This document shows, piece after piece, positions 46,682 to 57,062 of a stretch of DNA of 64,000 nucleotides. Within the stretch, counting starts at the first letter, position 1, and each line of letters opens with the position of its first letter. The DNA is from a virus: the IMG/VR virus record IMGVR_UViG_3300030041_000010, one strand, 5' to 3'. The notes beneath the pieces are model-generated. The model was not told the DNA's origin. It made no database searches and was given only the letters and a program-made list of their open reading frames with translations. The translations under genes were made by a program, and so were the position numbers.

Positions 46682-47368
46682 CTAATCCCACAATGAAGAA
46701 TAGTGGCGAACAAAGAGCAGCATCCCCTCTTCGAAAATTTTACGGTCACGGTCTGCAAGGGCTTGAGATGCCTTGAAACGGTCGTGCTTGACCTTCTCCC
46801 ACGCCTCAGCAGATACCCCGGACGGCCTGTCCATGGGGTACGGACCGAGTTCCTCTTCGTAGAGTCCGGAGTTGATGTGACGGTCAGCCTCAAAGGCTGC
46901 AATCATCTTGTCAATAATCGCGTCCCAACGGGCTGAGGCGCGTTCCATGCCCTCTTCCGAGGGGTTACCCCGCCAATCCCCCTCAGAGATGCAGTCCTCG
47001 GGCTCAAAGACGCTGCTAGGCACACCCTGCTTGTCCTTCTTCAGCTTGCGAAGGGCATCAGGCATCCAACTGCTGAGATAGTGGTCGAGACTCCAGATGT
47101 CACGGTCAGACCAGCCGCGACGGCCACGCTGAATGAAGCACTTCACGGCGTAATAAGCCTCACGCGGGTTACCCCACGGAGAGTATTTGAAGAAGCGGTA
47201 GAAGACGTAGTAGAGGTCTACGAGGCGGGAACGACGATTGTGATCGTCGATGTTGAAAATCTGAAAATCCCAAAACATGCGGCATTCAGACGCAAGGGTG
47301 AATCCTTCTTCAGTCTTCTTGCGAAGACGAAGGAACACCAGTACCTTGTGAAAGATAGAGTTGAGCAT
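46682..47368 (-). CDS. Hypothetical protein (228 aa)
   Basis: ORF with no recognisable motif. Confidence 0.5.
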   Translation of the reverse strand: MLNSIFHKVLVFLRLRKKTEEGFTLASECRMFWDFQIFNIDDHNRRSRLVDLYYVFYRFFKYSPWGNPREAYYAVKCFIQRGRRGWSDRDIWSLDHYLSSWMPDALRKLKKDKQGVPSSVFEPEDCISEGDWRGNPSEEGMERASARWDAIIDKMIAAFEADRHINSGLYEEELGPYPMDRPSGVSAEAWEKVKHDRFKASQALADRDRKIFEEGMLLFVRHYSSLWD

Positions 47369-47554
47369 TCGAGTTGTGTCCTTCCTTACTTAGTGATTAC
47401 ACAATCGCATTACTCTTCTCCTTTGTACAGCGGCAGTGGCACTACTATAGAATACCCAAAGTTCAAGAAAATACAACAGAAAAATTTGAGGGCGAGGCAA
47501 CTGGGACAATCCCGCAGTGCTTCTCACCCTCAGAGAATGAATAAGGGGTATAAA

Positions 47555-48676
47555 TTAAGCGGTCAGGTAGGAAACCCATAACCGTTTGCTGTCCTCACAG
47601 AAATGACGTAATCCCCGGAGGTTCAGCACTTTCATGGCGAGTTTCAATCGCCAGTCGTTGGCCTTTAACAGTTTGAGAAGAATATCCTCACTACTGGTCG
47701 GTTCTGCCTGACACCATGATGTCGCCCATGTAATTTCGGGTGACACCACAATCGGTAGCCCAGTTACCACACAATCAGCGGCCACGATATTAAATGTCTC
47801 AGAGAAAGATACCTGCATTGCCACATCCATCAGCTTCAACAGCTTCAGGAACTCCTCGTGGGGCATCCACGGGTGCTTAATGAGTTCATGCGGGGTGGCT
47901 TCGAACAGTGCCTCAAGATTTCTCAGCACACTTTCACCCTGCGTTTCAACTCGGGTTGCATTGGTATGAAACCGCAGTATCTTCCCTTCCAAATCGGCGT
48001 ACTTGATAGCAGCCACAGCTTGAATCAATTGATTCTTCAAAGGCCGAATGGCACCGAAGCACGCTATGTCAACAAATGTGGATTCAAGCTTCTTCTTAAC
48101 AGCCGGAACCTTCAGGTTATAAGGGTAGTAGTTGGGGAGATAGGGCACCTTCTCAACTACCTTGGCTTGTGACCAAGTTGGATTCGCAGCCTTTACAATG
48201 GCTCTAATGTCCCGGACTGAGTTCTCCGAGTTGGCTGCAAACTTAACGTTTGTGTATTGGACGTACTTAGTGAGCCAGTTGATTGCCACACCTTCTTGTG
48301 CTAGGAATGGAAGTTCGCTGTGACTACGTACGATCCACTGGACATCGGGATGCAGACGTTGAAGGACTTCGAACTTGCTGGGTACAACCCAAAGCGCCTC
48401 GACAATAACGTGCGTTGGGTTGTAGTTTGTCACTTCACGGTCGATGTCATTGTTATCAATTACCTGCACCAGATGTACGTCGATATGGATGCTCTCCAAC
48501 ATATCAACAATAAATCGGGCAGAATTTAGCAAGCCACTGGATAGCTCTTTCTTAGCCCCCACTGTAGCCTCATCTTGCGGACTCCAGCAATTGCTATAAC
48601 TACCTCCAGAAGATTCGCGAAATTTTAGGACGAATAGGACTCTCGGATTCACGGTGCGCCTCATCAGGACGTTCAC
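47555..48676 (-). CDS. Hypothetical protein (373 aa) with weak GT-B glycosyltransferase-like features
   Basis: Rossmann-like halves. The C-terminal 'ADCVVTGLPIVVSP' resembles the GT1 'E.GLP.V' region. Weak. Confidence 0.35.
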   Translation of the reverse strand: MNVLMRRTVNPRVLFVLKFRESSGGSYSNCWSPQDEATVGAKKELSSGLLNSARFIVDMLESIHIDVHLVQVIDNNDIDREVTNYNPTHVIVEALWVVPSKFEVLQRLHPDVQWIVRSHSELPFLAQEGVAINWLTKYVQYTNVKFAANSENSVRDIRAIVKAANPTWSQAKVVEKVPYLPNYYPYNLKVPAVKKKLESTFVDIACFGAIRPLKNQLIQAVAAIKYADLEGKILRFHTNATRVETQGESVLRNLEALFEATPHELIKHPWMPHEEFLKLLKLMDVAMQVSFSETFNIVAADCVVTGLPIVVSPEITWATSWCQAEPTSSEDILLKLLKANDWRLKLAMKVLNLRGLRHFCEDSKRLWVSYLTA

Positions 48677-48736
48677 TAACGAAAGGAAAAGTCGTCGCGT
48701 GAAGTCACTTTCGAGGGCACTAATTTTCGATTTAGC

Positions 48737-49306
48737 TTATGGTACTAACACCCCGTCAGTCGTACAATCGCAAGGGCCGGGTTCCTCTGCTGGTGCCACA
48801 GACGTAGCACAGTCATTTGTATGGATTTCCTTGCCTGATTCTTCAATGAACTTCTGTGCCTTTTCCTCTCTCGTGAGTTCTTCATCCGAAGTCTCATCTT
48901 CAATTGGGTTGTCAACTTGCTCCTGTGCTTGACGAGCGGAAACTTCTTCCGGAGTCAATGCCTCATAGCGGAAGATTAGTTCAGTGGCAGCGTCTACACT
49001 CTCAACACCATCGGGAACGGCCCACTTGATGTTAAGCACCTTCGACTCAAAGGACTCAAGCACAGCCTTCGACACGGTAATGCTTCCACCACTGGCCTGA
49101 ATGAGGGATGCAGCCAGAACAGAGAGCTTCTTGTTCTGGTGGATGGCCTCACGCAATTGAGGGATAACCTGACCAATCAAAGTGTCAGGATTGGTTTTCA
49201 GTTGTTCGTTCTCGTCCTGTAATTGCTTAACAAACTTTTGAGCAGAATCGAGGTACCGCATCTTCAACGACTTGTTTTGCAGACTTTGTGTTGAGCGTCT
49301 TGTCAT
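48737..49306 (-). CDS. Hypothetical acidic coiled-coil protein (189 aa)
   Basis: ORF with no recognisable motif. Confidence 0.5.
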   Translation of the reverse strand: MTRRSTQSLQNKSLKMRYLDSAQKFVKQLQDENEQLKTNPDTLIGQVIPQLREAIHQNKKLSVLAASLIQASGGSITVSKAVLESFESKVLNIKWAVPDGVESVDAATELIFRYEALTPEEVSARQAQEQVDNPIEDETSDEELTREEKAQKFIEESGKEIHTNDCATSVAPAEEPGPCDCTTDGVLVP

Positions 49307-49956
49307 TACTGTTTCGCCTTCTTCTTCGCAGCCTTCTTGGCCGGAGATTTCTTTGTTGGGGTTTTCTTGATGGGCTTCACAGCCTTCTTGGCGGAGGGCT
49401 TCTTTACTTTCTTGATTGCCTTAAAAGAGTCAACCTCCGGTTCGGTCTTCGTGTACTCTTCGTACTCCGGTTCGGCATGGTTATTCTTGTACTCTTCGTA
49501 GGCCACCGTCAGAATATCCACAATGCCCGGAAAACAGACAATGGCGGAACCATCCATTCCGACGACTTGACCTAAAGCCTTCATGGCACCAACAGCCGGG
49601 ACGGAGACCATCGCCATGTACTCATATTCTTCCGGGCCGCAGTCGTATTCAGCGGTACCCCACATCTCAGCGAAGGTACGTTCGGCCACGCAGGATTGGT
49701 GTGATTGATAGTTGGGGTTGGGTTGCATCAGGCGACTGCGTTGGTCAACGAGGAATTTGTCCTTGGTGTTGACCTCCCCTGTTGGCTCCTCGTCTTTATC
49801 CCATTTGCTAACGATGGTGTTATCAAAGATTGGACTCCAGACAGTCTGAAACCCTGTGTTCAAATCCTCGTAGTAAAGGTCATCAATCTTGCGGTATGTT
49901 CCACCAGCGGCGGTAAAGATACTGTTCTGCGGGATTTGTGAATACTTAGTAGCCAT
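49306..49956 (-). CDS. Protein with a histone H1-like lysine-rich C-terminal tail (216 aa)
   Basis: C-terminal tail 'KKPSAKKAVKPIKKTPTKKSPAKKAAKKKAKQ'. Confidence 0.6.
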   Translation of the reverse strand: MATKYSQIPQNSIFTAAGGTYRKIDDLYYEDLNTGFQTVWSPIFDNTIVSKWDKDEEPTGEVNTKDKFLVDQRSRLMQPNPNYQSHQSCVAERTFAEMWGTAEYDCGPEEYEYMAMVSVPAVGAMKALGQVVGMDGSAIVCFPGIVDILTVAYEEYKNNHAEPEYEEYTKTEPEVDSFKAIKKVKKPSAKKAVKPIKKTPTKKSPAKKAAKKKAKQ

Positions 49957-50588
49957 AGTTGGTCTCCGTCATTCCTTAATACTGCGTTTGTTTGGTATTC
50001 CGGGGCCAGAGATTGGAGCCCAATTGTTGTTTATAGGCGACCGTACACCACCGCGATAGTTTGATTGGCTTTCTGATTTATGGTTGCTGTACTCAGCCGC
50101 TGTAGCTTCTTCGCCACCGAAGTCTTCAAGCTTGCTCATATTTACCACCACGTTAGTCGGTGTGCATCATCGGCCAATCCAAGATGCGTTAGAATTGGCA
50201 TGATATAGTTGCTGGATTTTGGGAGCCAGATAGCGTCTTCGGGGAGCACAGCCTCAATACGTGCCTGATAGGCATCCGACTCTTCACGGGTCGCCTGATT
50301 ACGTCCTGAAGCATGGTAAGCATAGTCAGGATTCGGAGGGAGATAAAACACGGTGTTGTCGTATGAGTTGAAGTACGCTTTGATGACTGCGTTACACTCT
50401 GGCAGTTGGTTGGGAGCGGCATATACCAATCCAAGGAGCAACGAGGTGAAGGTGGAAGTTACAAACTACAAACTCCTCATAATCACTGTCATCTTCAGCC
50501 TGATTGTTAACTCGCCACGAGGCCGCTTCTTCACACTGCTGCCCACACACAGAGCCGTCATCTGTCACGTGGTCACACCTTGTCCAAC

Positions 50589-51020
50589 TCATAGCTCCTC
50601 CGAGTAGTCGGGGCTCAATCCGTGGTTGTGTCCCCAATGACACTCCACTTCAAAATCGTCGAATTCACGGTCGTGAATAGCAATAACTTCCCCTTCACTG
50701 ACTTCTTTCAACCAGCTATAGAATGACCGTTGTGACTGGTTCTTTAGCTTTTCCCACTCGACGTATTCTGCTTTCTTTTTTTCCAACTCGGCTTCTATCT
50801 GAGCGATAGTAGTGTCTTTGGGCATAGTCTGAATGAGAGTTCTCTGGTCAGGGTATAAAGGAGCGGCTTTTTTGGCTATCCGTTCGGCCTCAAGTGCCTT
50901 ATTTGATGCGAGGCCAATCAGTTCTTCCAGACGCTCAGCCGTCATGTCTTCTGGTATTGTGACGTACGATGCATTCTCGTAACTGTCGCATCTGTAATGT
51001 GCAATCTTGGCTAGTTTCAT
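50589..51020 (-). CDS. Hypothetical protein (about 143 aa from 'MKLAK')
   Basis: ATGA overlap with the upstream gene. Confidence 0.45.
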   Translation of the reverse strand: MKLAKIAHYRCDSYENASYVTIPEDMTAERLEELIGLASNKALEAERIAKKAAPLYPDQRTLIQTMPKDTTIAQIEAELEKKKAEYVEWEKLKNQSQRSFYSWLKEVSEGEVIAIHDREFDDFEVECHWGHNHGLSPDYSEEL

Positions 51021-51271
51021 TTTGTTGCCTGATTTCCCGGCCACAGTGTGTGGGTCTTTCCACGGGCATGATCGGCGGGGCATGGCAGTTCCTTACCCTC
51101 CGGCTCCCAGCCAGTAAAGGCAATACCCCAAGCAGCACGCAGGGCTTGCCAGTCTTTGTGTTTGTCGCAGTATTCACACTCGCCGGGGGCGTGTAGAATC
51201 CTCTGGTCACAATGAGGAAACTGCTGGATGGTTTCGTGGATGTTAATGCTGGTTTGCGTTTTCTTAAACAT
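51017..51271 (-). CDS. Small Cys/His-rich protein (84 aa)
   Basis: Motif 'HCDQRILHAPGECEYCDKH'. Confidence 0.5.
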   Translation of the reverse strand: MFKKTQTSINIHETIQQFPHCDQRILHAPGECEYCDKHKDWQALRAAWGIAFTGWEPEGKELPCPADHARGKTHTLWPGNQATK

Positions 51272-51295
51272 AAAACTCCTCCGGTTCGATTAAAC

Positions 51296-51796
51296 TTAAG
51301 ATTCTCCCCACACGGGCGAGAACACCCTTGACTTCAAATACTGAACCGCAGCCATAAACCGCTCCAAATTTTCTTCGAATTGACCGATACCCACGTTGCA
51401 ACGATGGCACAGAAGACCACGTACACTCTTTCGTTTGTCCGTCTTTGCGACTGCATGGTCATGGTCAACGTAGGGTAGTCGGCTTTCAGTGAACTCCAAA
51501 CGGCAAATCGCGCATTTGTTATCTTGCAGCTTGAGTAGCAACAAAAAATCATCGGTGCTTAGACCATACAGACGTTTGAGCGATGAGGATTTTCTGATTG
51601 CCTTATACTGTTCGGGGTGGCGCTCATTCCAATTTCGTACATAGCCTTTGAATCGGTCTGAGTTTTCTGCATACCACTTTTTCTGACGTAAACTCTCGCA
51701 TTTGTTACAGGCAGACTTAAGCCCATCCTTGCTTCGTTTCCTCCTACCAAACTTACCGGGCTTACCACACTTGGTACACAATTTGACGACTTCCAT
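51296..51796 (-). mobile_element. HNH (endonuclease VII-like) homing endonuclease gene
   Basis: Motif 'CAICRLEF...VDHDHAVAKTDKRKSVRGLLCHRCNVGIG'. Confidence 0.8.
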
Positions 51797-51809
51797 TAAG
51801 AAACACCCC

Positions 51810-53522
51810 CTATAAAAGGGGTTCAATAGTCTCCTCTTTTGGTAACTCGATACCATGGTCTGTAAGGAACCGCTCAGCCATACGTTTTATGTAGTCGGCT
51901 TCCACTTGCAGTTTCGTCACAAGGTCTTGATTTGGGTCTCGTACACCCTCAATCTGCTGCCGCTTGATTCCCAAGATGTCTCCCATAATCGGGTCTGAAC
52001 CATGCTCGGACAGCAGATAATAAATCGTGCATGGTTCGTCCTGACCATCGCGGTGGATACGACCGACACACTGCTCATGAACTCCCGGTGACCAGTCAAG
52101 TTCAGCAAACACAGCAAGGTGACATACGTCCTGTAACCCATCCATACCCGCTCCGGCACGCAGCGAGACAAGCAGGACTCGCGACTTGCCGCTGATGAGG
52201 GCTTGCTTGGAGGCTTCCTTTTGATTCGGTGTCTCGGAGCCGGTGTACATGACCGGGTTGAATTCCTTCAACCGCTCCATGAGGATGTCGTAGACCTCCC
52301 GATGCCATGCGTAGACCACCACGGGCTCCGTATTGTCGGCGATGAGGAACTTGACAAACTCGGCCACGTACGGTGCCTTGGCGATGCCGGTGGCTTGCCG
52401 CATCTTGATGTCAAACTCGCCAGCCGCTTGCATCTTCTGGCCTTTGAAGTCTTGCGTCTGTTTGAGAATCAGCTTGGCAAGTTCGATAGCCTGACCCTTC
52501 ATGTGGTCGAGTGCCTTGGCGTCCACATCAATGTGGTGAGGCACCACAGTGACAGGCGGGAGTTCACGCTTGACCTCGATGCGGGTGCGGCGGAGCATGA
52601 GACCGTTCTCGCGTGCGAACAGACCGAACGCTGCGGGGTCTTTGATTTTCAGCTTGTCGCCGAACTGGTAAATGCACCACTCGCGAATGAACTCATCCTT
52701 GGTGCCCAGTGAATCCGGGAGCAGCACGTCAATGATGTTGAAGATTTCTCCGCCGTAGTTGTAGATGGGCGTGGCCGACGTACCGAGGCGGAAGGTACAC
52801 GCATCGGCGATGTGTTTGGCCGCGTTGTATTTCTGCGTGCCGTTGTGGCGGAGTTCCTGAATCTCATCAAATACAACCGACTTCAGCAGGGGGGCGAGGG
52901 TCTCTGCCCACCCGCCAAGTTTGGCGTAGTTAGTGATGAACACATCGGGTAATCTACCCTTAGTGTACTTCAGGATGTCGTAAGGAGTACCCTTCTTCAG
53001 AATGTGCGTGGTGAGGTCAGTGAACTTGTTCACTTCGTCACGCCACTGAAAAGGCAAGTGAGTGAGGGTGACGACAAGCGCCGGGAGCGTCTTCGGTTCG
53101 CTGAGTCCCGCGATGGCTGTGCAGGTTTTACCCAGCCCAACGTCGTCAGCCAACAACAAACCACCAGCCGTCAACCACATGTGAGCGGCCAACGCCTGAT
53201 ATTCCCGTGGAGGAATCTTCAACTTGAAAGCTTCCCGCTCCATGTGTCCATTGAGGAGTTGTTCAATAAGAGACTGACGCTCACGATGCTCCTGAGCCCG
53301 TTCAGCGAGAAGCTCAAAAGGGTAGACTTCTAATGGATAGCGGTCGAGGAACCACTGAAGGTCGCGGCAATTCTCAGGCGTAGCAGAGATAGACTGCTTG
53401 CCGTACTGCCACGTATCAATCTTCGCGAACACACGTTTAAGCCTGATAGCAACGTGCGGCTCGACCACTAAGTCCCAACACTGATTACGTTTATTGTAGG
53501 TACACGAACCATAGGTACGCAT
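51810..53522 (-). CDS. SNF2-family (SF2) helicase/ATPase, 570 aa
   Basis: Motifs 'LLADDVGLGKT', 'VVFDEIQ', 'GTSATPI' and 'ELDWSPGVHEQCVGRIHRDGQ'. Confidence 0.85.
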   Translation of the reverse strand: MRTYGSCTYNKRNQCWDLVVEPHVAIRLKRVFAKIDTWQYGKQSISATPENCRDLQWFLDRYPLEVYPFELLAERAQEHRERQSLIEQLLNGHMEREAFKLKIPPREYQALAAHMWLTAGGLLLADDVGLGKTCTAIAGLSEPKTLPALVVTLTHLPFQWRDEVNKFTDLTTHILKKGTPYDILKYTKGRLPDVFITNYAKLGGWAETLAPLLKSVVFDEIQELRHNGTQKYNAAKHIADACTFRLGTSATPIYNYGGEIFNIIDVLLPDSLGTKDEFIREWCIYQFGDKLKIKDPAAFGLFARENGLMLRRTRIEVKRELPPVTVVPHHIDVDAKALDHMKGQAIELAKLILKQTQDFKGQKMQAAGEFDIKMRQATGIAKAPYVAEFVKFLIADNTEPVVVYAWHREVYDILMERLKEFNPVMYTGSETPNQKEASKQALISGKSRVLLVSLRAGAGMDGLQDVCHLAVFAELDWSPGVHEQCVGRIHRDGQDEPCTIYYLLSEHGSDPIMGDILGIKRQQIEGVRDPNQDLVTKLQVEADYIKRMAERFLTDHGIELPKEETIEPLL

Positions 53523-53794
53523 CAGTGTCCTCTCAAATAAGCTATAGCTGCTTCAAGGAGGGTAATGTCATCATTAAACCCACCTAAGGACGGGTTGCAT
53601 ACATTGCAGAGCAGCCCTCGAACTTCTCCGGTCACGTGGTCATGGTCCACGGCAAGTCGTTTTCGCAGCTTGGAGATGTGTGTTTTGCAAAGCCCATTCG
53701 GCCTCTTTCGGTCTTTGTGGAAAAATTTGCGTAGCTTGTCCTGTCTGCATCTTGTGCAGATAGCTCGGTCTTCAGGTGTGGTTGTTCTATTCAT
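53522..53794 (-). mobile_element. Small HNH (endonuclease VII-like) endonuclease gene (90 aa)
   Basis: Motif '[25 protein letters not shown]'. Confidence 0.75.
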
Positions 53795-53952
53795 CTACTA
53801 TTGAATGTCAAACCCGAGAAGCTTCCACAGTTCTTGTGCCATCTGTACCTTCCCATGTTTAATACCCAAGTCGTAGGTATCTTGATAGTCGCAGGGGAAC
53901 TCATACACATCGTCTCCATTGGGCTGGTTTTTTAGTCCTTCAAGATACGCTT

Positions 53953-54447
53953 TCAAGTCGATTGACATCTTAGCTCCTCGCGAATCGCCATCCACAACTT
54001 GCCCAACCAGTTCCGACCCTTACCGTCCTCACCCCAACCCCAGTAGCTATCCCGCCACGAGTCTTCAATCAATTCGCGGTTGCCGGTCGCCAGCAGCTTG
54101 CGGCGTACGTACTCATGCTGTGCTGCCTTGGCACGGAGGATGTTAGCCATGATGGGGAGTTTAACCATATCCCAGTCCGGCTTCCTGTGTTCCTTGTTTT
54201 TCTCGGCTATTTTGAACGCTTCATGAGCGGAGGGGGCTTGTACGAGAGCAAGCTGAATACCGACTAGTTGGAGTTGTTTAAACGGGGTATCGGCTGTGTA
54301 GTTAAACTTCTCCCAATGGTAGACCGCCTCAGAGGTATCGAAACGGATATTCTCCCACTTCAAGGTGAATGCAGAGAAGTTGGACAGAACATAGAAGTCC
54401 TGCTCGTAGAAGAACACCTGAGTGTCGGTGTCAAGCTTGTGGTTCAT
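53953..54447 (-). CDS. NADAR (YbiA-like) domain protein, an ADP-ribose processing or N-glycosidase family
   Basis: Motif 'VFFYEQDFYVLSNFS...FDTSEAVYHWEKF...LLATGNRELIEDSWRDSYWGWGEDGKGRNWLGKLWM'. Start set at 'MNHK', whose ATG overlaps the upstream stop. Confidence 0.75.
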   Translation of the reverse strand: MNHKLDTDTQVFFYEQDFYVLSNFSAFTLKWENIRFDTSEAVYHWEKFNYTADTPFKQLQLVGIQLALVQAPSAHEAFKIAEKNKEHRKPDWDMVKLPIMANILRAKAAQHEYVRRKLLATGNRELIEDSWRDSYWGWGEDGKGRNWLGKLWMAIREELRCQST

Positions 54448-54632
54448 TTTGCCCCTCGCAGTAGTGTCGTGTGGTTCTGTTGATAGAATTGTTGAAAACC
54501 CTTTGGGCCGGGGCATCTCATCCAATCCTGCATACTCTTATGTGTCCAGTCTTGCGTCTTCTTGCGAAAACGCATTGTCCTACCGCAGTCTTCGCACTTC
54601 TGTCTTATTTTGGCGTCGTTCATATAGCCCAT
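54444..54632 (-). CDS. Small zinc-ribbon-like protein (62 aa)
   Basis: Motif 'CEDCGRTMRF...RCPGP'. Confidence 0.4.
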   Translation of the reverse strand: MGYMNDAKIRQKCEDCGRTMRFRKKTQDWTHKSMQDWMRCPGPKGFQQFYQQNHTTLLRGAK

Positions 54633-54958
54633 CCATTGTCTTCGACGTTCTTGATGAACTTGTTCACAGCCTTGTCCATCGGTTCAAAGTAATCAGTCCC
54701 GTTTTGGTCAGGGTAATAGGTGTTCAGGAGAGCCCGAAGTTTACCTTTAGCCTCTTCCCACAGTATCCCTCGCATGGAAGTCAAGATACGGTCGTCGCTC
54801 ATTACTTTCTCCTTTGGGTCGGTGTCAATCTTACGATTCATCACCCTCTTGTTTTCCAAACTCCTTTTCGTAGAGTTTCCACACGCCGGAAGCTTCACAG
54901 TGGGAGAAGTAGTCACCGATGCCATGGTCTTCTCTCGGTCCGGGACACTTCTTTCCAC
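54620..54958 (-). CDS. Hypothetical protein (112 aa)
   Basis: ORF with no recognisable motif. Confidence 0.4.
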   Translation of the reverse strand: MERSVPDREKTMASVTTSPTVKLPACGNSTKRSLENKRVMNRKIDTDPKEKVMSDDRILTSMRGILWEEAKGKLRALLNTYYPDQNGTDYFEPMDKAVNKFIKNVEDNGWAI

Positions 54959-55012
54959 ACTGGGCGTGAATAGCGTCCAACAAAGCCCTCCTTCTTATTT
55001 CTTTGGCTTCCT

Positions 55013-55387
55013 TCATTCGTTGTCTCCATACTTACCGCCGGGACGATTCATCTCTTCGATGGATGCCCAGCACGAATTCTTTGGGTCAGTGACACGAGTA
55101 AAGGATTTAGCTCCAATAAGGGGGGCTGGTCTGGTATGATATGCCCATCCCTCAGAGCCATCGTACTCACTCCGGTCGAGCCACCAATCATCTCCAACAA
55201 TAACTAAATCGTTAGCAATCTCCTGACCGCCATAACCTGCGTCGTACTCAATGTCAGCGATGGCAGTAAACTCTTCCCATGTGATTTGGTACTCACCGTC
55301 ATAACTCCCAACCCATCTAATGGTATTGGGGGATTTCCCTTTGTATTCAAGGTAGTTTAGGGTTTCTTTGAGAAGATTCATGCTCAT
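55013..55387 (-). CDS. Hypothetical protein (124 aa)
   Basis: ORF whose stop and start overlap its neighbours. Confidence 0.5.
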   Translation of the reverse strand: MSMNLLKETLNYLEYKGKSPNTIRWVGSYDGEYQITWEEFTAIADIEYDAGYGGQEIANDLVIVGDDWWLDRSEYDGSEGWAYHTRPAPLIGAKSFTRVTDPKNSCWASIEEMNRPGGKYGDNE

Positions 55388-55956
55388 CCTTCTTGATTTG
55401 TCAGGGCTAGAAAAGCTAACTTTGAGGCGTCTACATCCATGCTCTTAAGCAATCGAGCCCGTCTTAGGTTGCCCTCGGCCTGACGTTCTTTGTTCGTGAC
55501 GCAATCCTGTACTTCTTTTGAGTTATCCGCGACAAAGTACCCACTATTTGTGGAGCAGATGATGATCCCCTTTTCAATCCACCATGCCACAGCGGCACGA
55601 AATTGGCGACGAGTGCCATCGGAGTCTGGTTCATTTATCTGTGTGAGAATGTCCTTGGTAGTGACCACCAAAGACTTTCCGATGGAGAGGTACCGGGGGA
55701 TGGCTTCGACGTATGCCTTCCTGAGCTTCATACTGACAACCTGACCTGTTTCCTCATCGGTGTAGAGATACTCGATGTGATCCAAGTCGTCATCGGTAGC
55801 GAGGCGGAGTTTGTCGGCGGGTAGTATCCGAAACTCTTTTTTGTCTTTGCTATTGGTCGGGTGTACTTTGTGACGCCCTTCTACCTTGTAGTCGGTCTCT
55901 ACAATAGTACACAAGAGGTTCTCGGGAATGTATACTGCCAAGTCTCCAGTGTTCAT
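55384..55956 (-). CDS. Hypothetical protein (about 190 aa from 'MNTGD')
   Basis: Start placed after the stop of the DUF4326-like gene. Confidence 0.45.
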   Translation of the reverse strand: MNTGDLAVYIPENLLCTIVETDYKVEGRHKVHPTNSKDKKEFRILPADKLRLATDDDLDHIEYLYTDEETGQVVSMKLRKAYVEAIPRYLSIGKSLVVTTKDILTQINEPDSDGTRRQFRAAVAWWIEKGIIICSTNSGYFVADNSKEVQDCVTNKERQAEGNLRRARLLKSMDVDASKLAFLALTNQEG

Positions 55957-55958
55957 AC

Positions 55959-56252
55959 TTACTGAATACTGCAAGGATCGGTGGTATTTACAATCTCCGC
56001 CAGAATATCTCCGTGACAAGTTAACTTGGGTTTGCACCAGCAGCCAAGGGTTTTGCCACGAAGTTCATGAAGATGATCGAGCAGGTCTGGGTTGGAAAGA
56101 AGATAAGCACGGTATTTGGCTAGGACTTCCTTTCGGTTGCCATCCGAGCCAACATGGAAGGGGTTGTGCCAAATTGACTCGGAAAACTCTTGAAAGGCAC
56201 GACCAATATAGAGGTCGAAGGATTCCTTACGAACATGCACAACTCGGGTCAT
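55959..56252 (-). CDS. DUF4326-like small protein (about 98 aa) with the 'GCWC.P..CHGD.L' motif
   Basis: Motif 'MTRVVHVRKESFDLYIGRAF...NPFHVGSDGNRKEV...GKTLGCWCKPKLTCHGDILAEI'. Confidence 0.6.
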   Translation of the reverse strand: MTRVVHVRKESFDLYIGRAFQEFSESIWHNPFHVGSDGNRKEVLAKYRAYLLSNPDLLDHLHELRGKTLGCWCKPKLTCHGDILAEIVNTTDPCSIQ

Positions 56253-56257
56253 GTACC

Positions 56258-56461
56258 TTAATACTTGACTTTGCGGATGGTGTCCATAAATCCAGTAGCA
56301 TAAAGGATAAGAAGTATTTGACCTGCGGATACGGCGTCGATGACATACTCCGCCGTACCGGGTGTAAAGAAGGCATGGACTACCTGATTCATCACCATCG
56401 AAAAGAAGAAGGCGATTGCAAAGAACCCTATAGTTATGGCAACTTTTAGTACCATACACAC
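56258..56461 (-). CDS. Small membrane protein (67 aa)
   Basis: Two hydrophobic helices. Confidence 0.5.
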   Translation of the reverse strand: MCMVLKVAITIGFFAIAFFFSMVMNQVVHAFFTPGTAEYVIDAVSAGQILLILYATGFMDTIRKVKY

Positions 56462-56482
56462 TCCGTACTAACGTATCCCATA

Positions 56483-56857
56483 TTATAAGAAACTGAGGAG
56501 AAGATGCACGATGTAAAGGGGCTTACCGTTCAAACTGTCTGGTAAGTTCTTGTGTTTGCTCATGGTAGTGAGGAGAATTAGCTCTACAACTTCTGTGTGT
56601 TGGGCATACCTCATTAGCTGGCGAGTGACGGAGGCGAGGCTGGTGCCGCCCCCAGAGTCATCCGACTTGCACTCGATGCCAATTCCAAGGTCTGTAATCA
56701 GGAAGTCTATTCGGTCGCGGGGGGCGAGAGAATACTCTGGCTTGAAGGTAAGGTTCAGGTCGGTCAGCACCTGACCAACGCCGTGTTGCAGTTCCTTCTC
56801 ACTATGGTAGCAATACTTGGTATTGTAAAGGGTGGTGCAGATGTCAGCAGCGGTCAT
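56483..56857 (-). CDS. PD-(D/E)xK nuclease-like protein (124 aa)
   Basis: 'RIDFLITDLGIGIECK' carries a D...E.K spacing. Confidence 0.4.
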   Translation of the reverse strand: MTAADICTTLYNTKYCYHSEKELQHGVGQVLTDLNLTFKPEYSLAPRDRIDFLITDLGIGIECKSDDSGGGTSLASVTRQLMRYAQHTEVVELILLTTMSKHKNLPDSLNGKPLYIVHLLLSFL

Positions 56858-57062
56858 CAGGGCTCACTACAGTGCTACGCCACGGGCGACCGGCAGCAAT
56901 CCAACGCTCCCGCAATTGAGCATGGTATACAACGGCGGGTTCCGGCCCTACATCATTGTAGCCGAACTGAATCCCACACTGAGGGCAGATTTCATGCAAC
57001 CCTTCAGCAGGATCAAGTTTCAGGCGGTCATAGTCACAGACAGGACATACCTTATATATCAT
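56844..57062 (-). CDS. Small zinc-ribbon protein (72 aa)
   Basis: Motif 'CPVCDY...CPQCG'. Confidence 0.45.
   Translation of the reverse strand: MIYKVCPVCDYDRLKLDPAEGLHEICPQCGIQFGYNDVGPEPAVVYHAQLRERWIAAGRPWRSTVVSPDDRC

Noticed and set aside
54831-55016. 61-aa minus ORF
   Set aside because: It overlaps 54620..54958 in a different frame by about 130 nt and has no distinguishing features.
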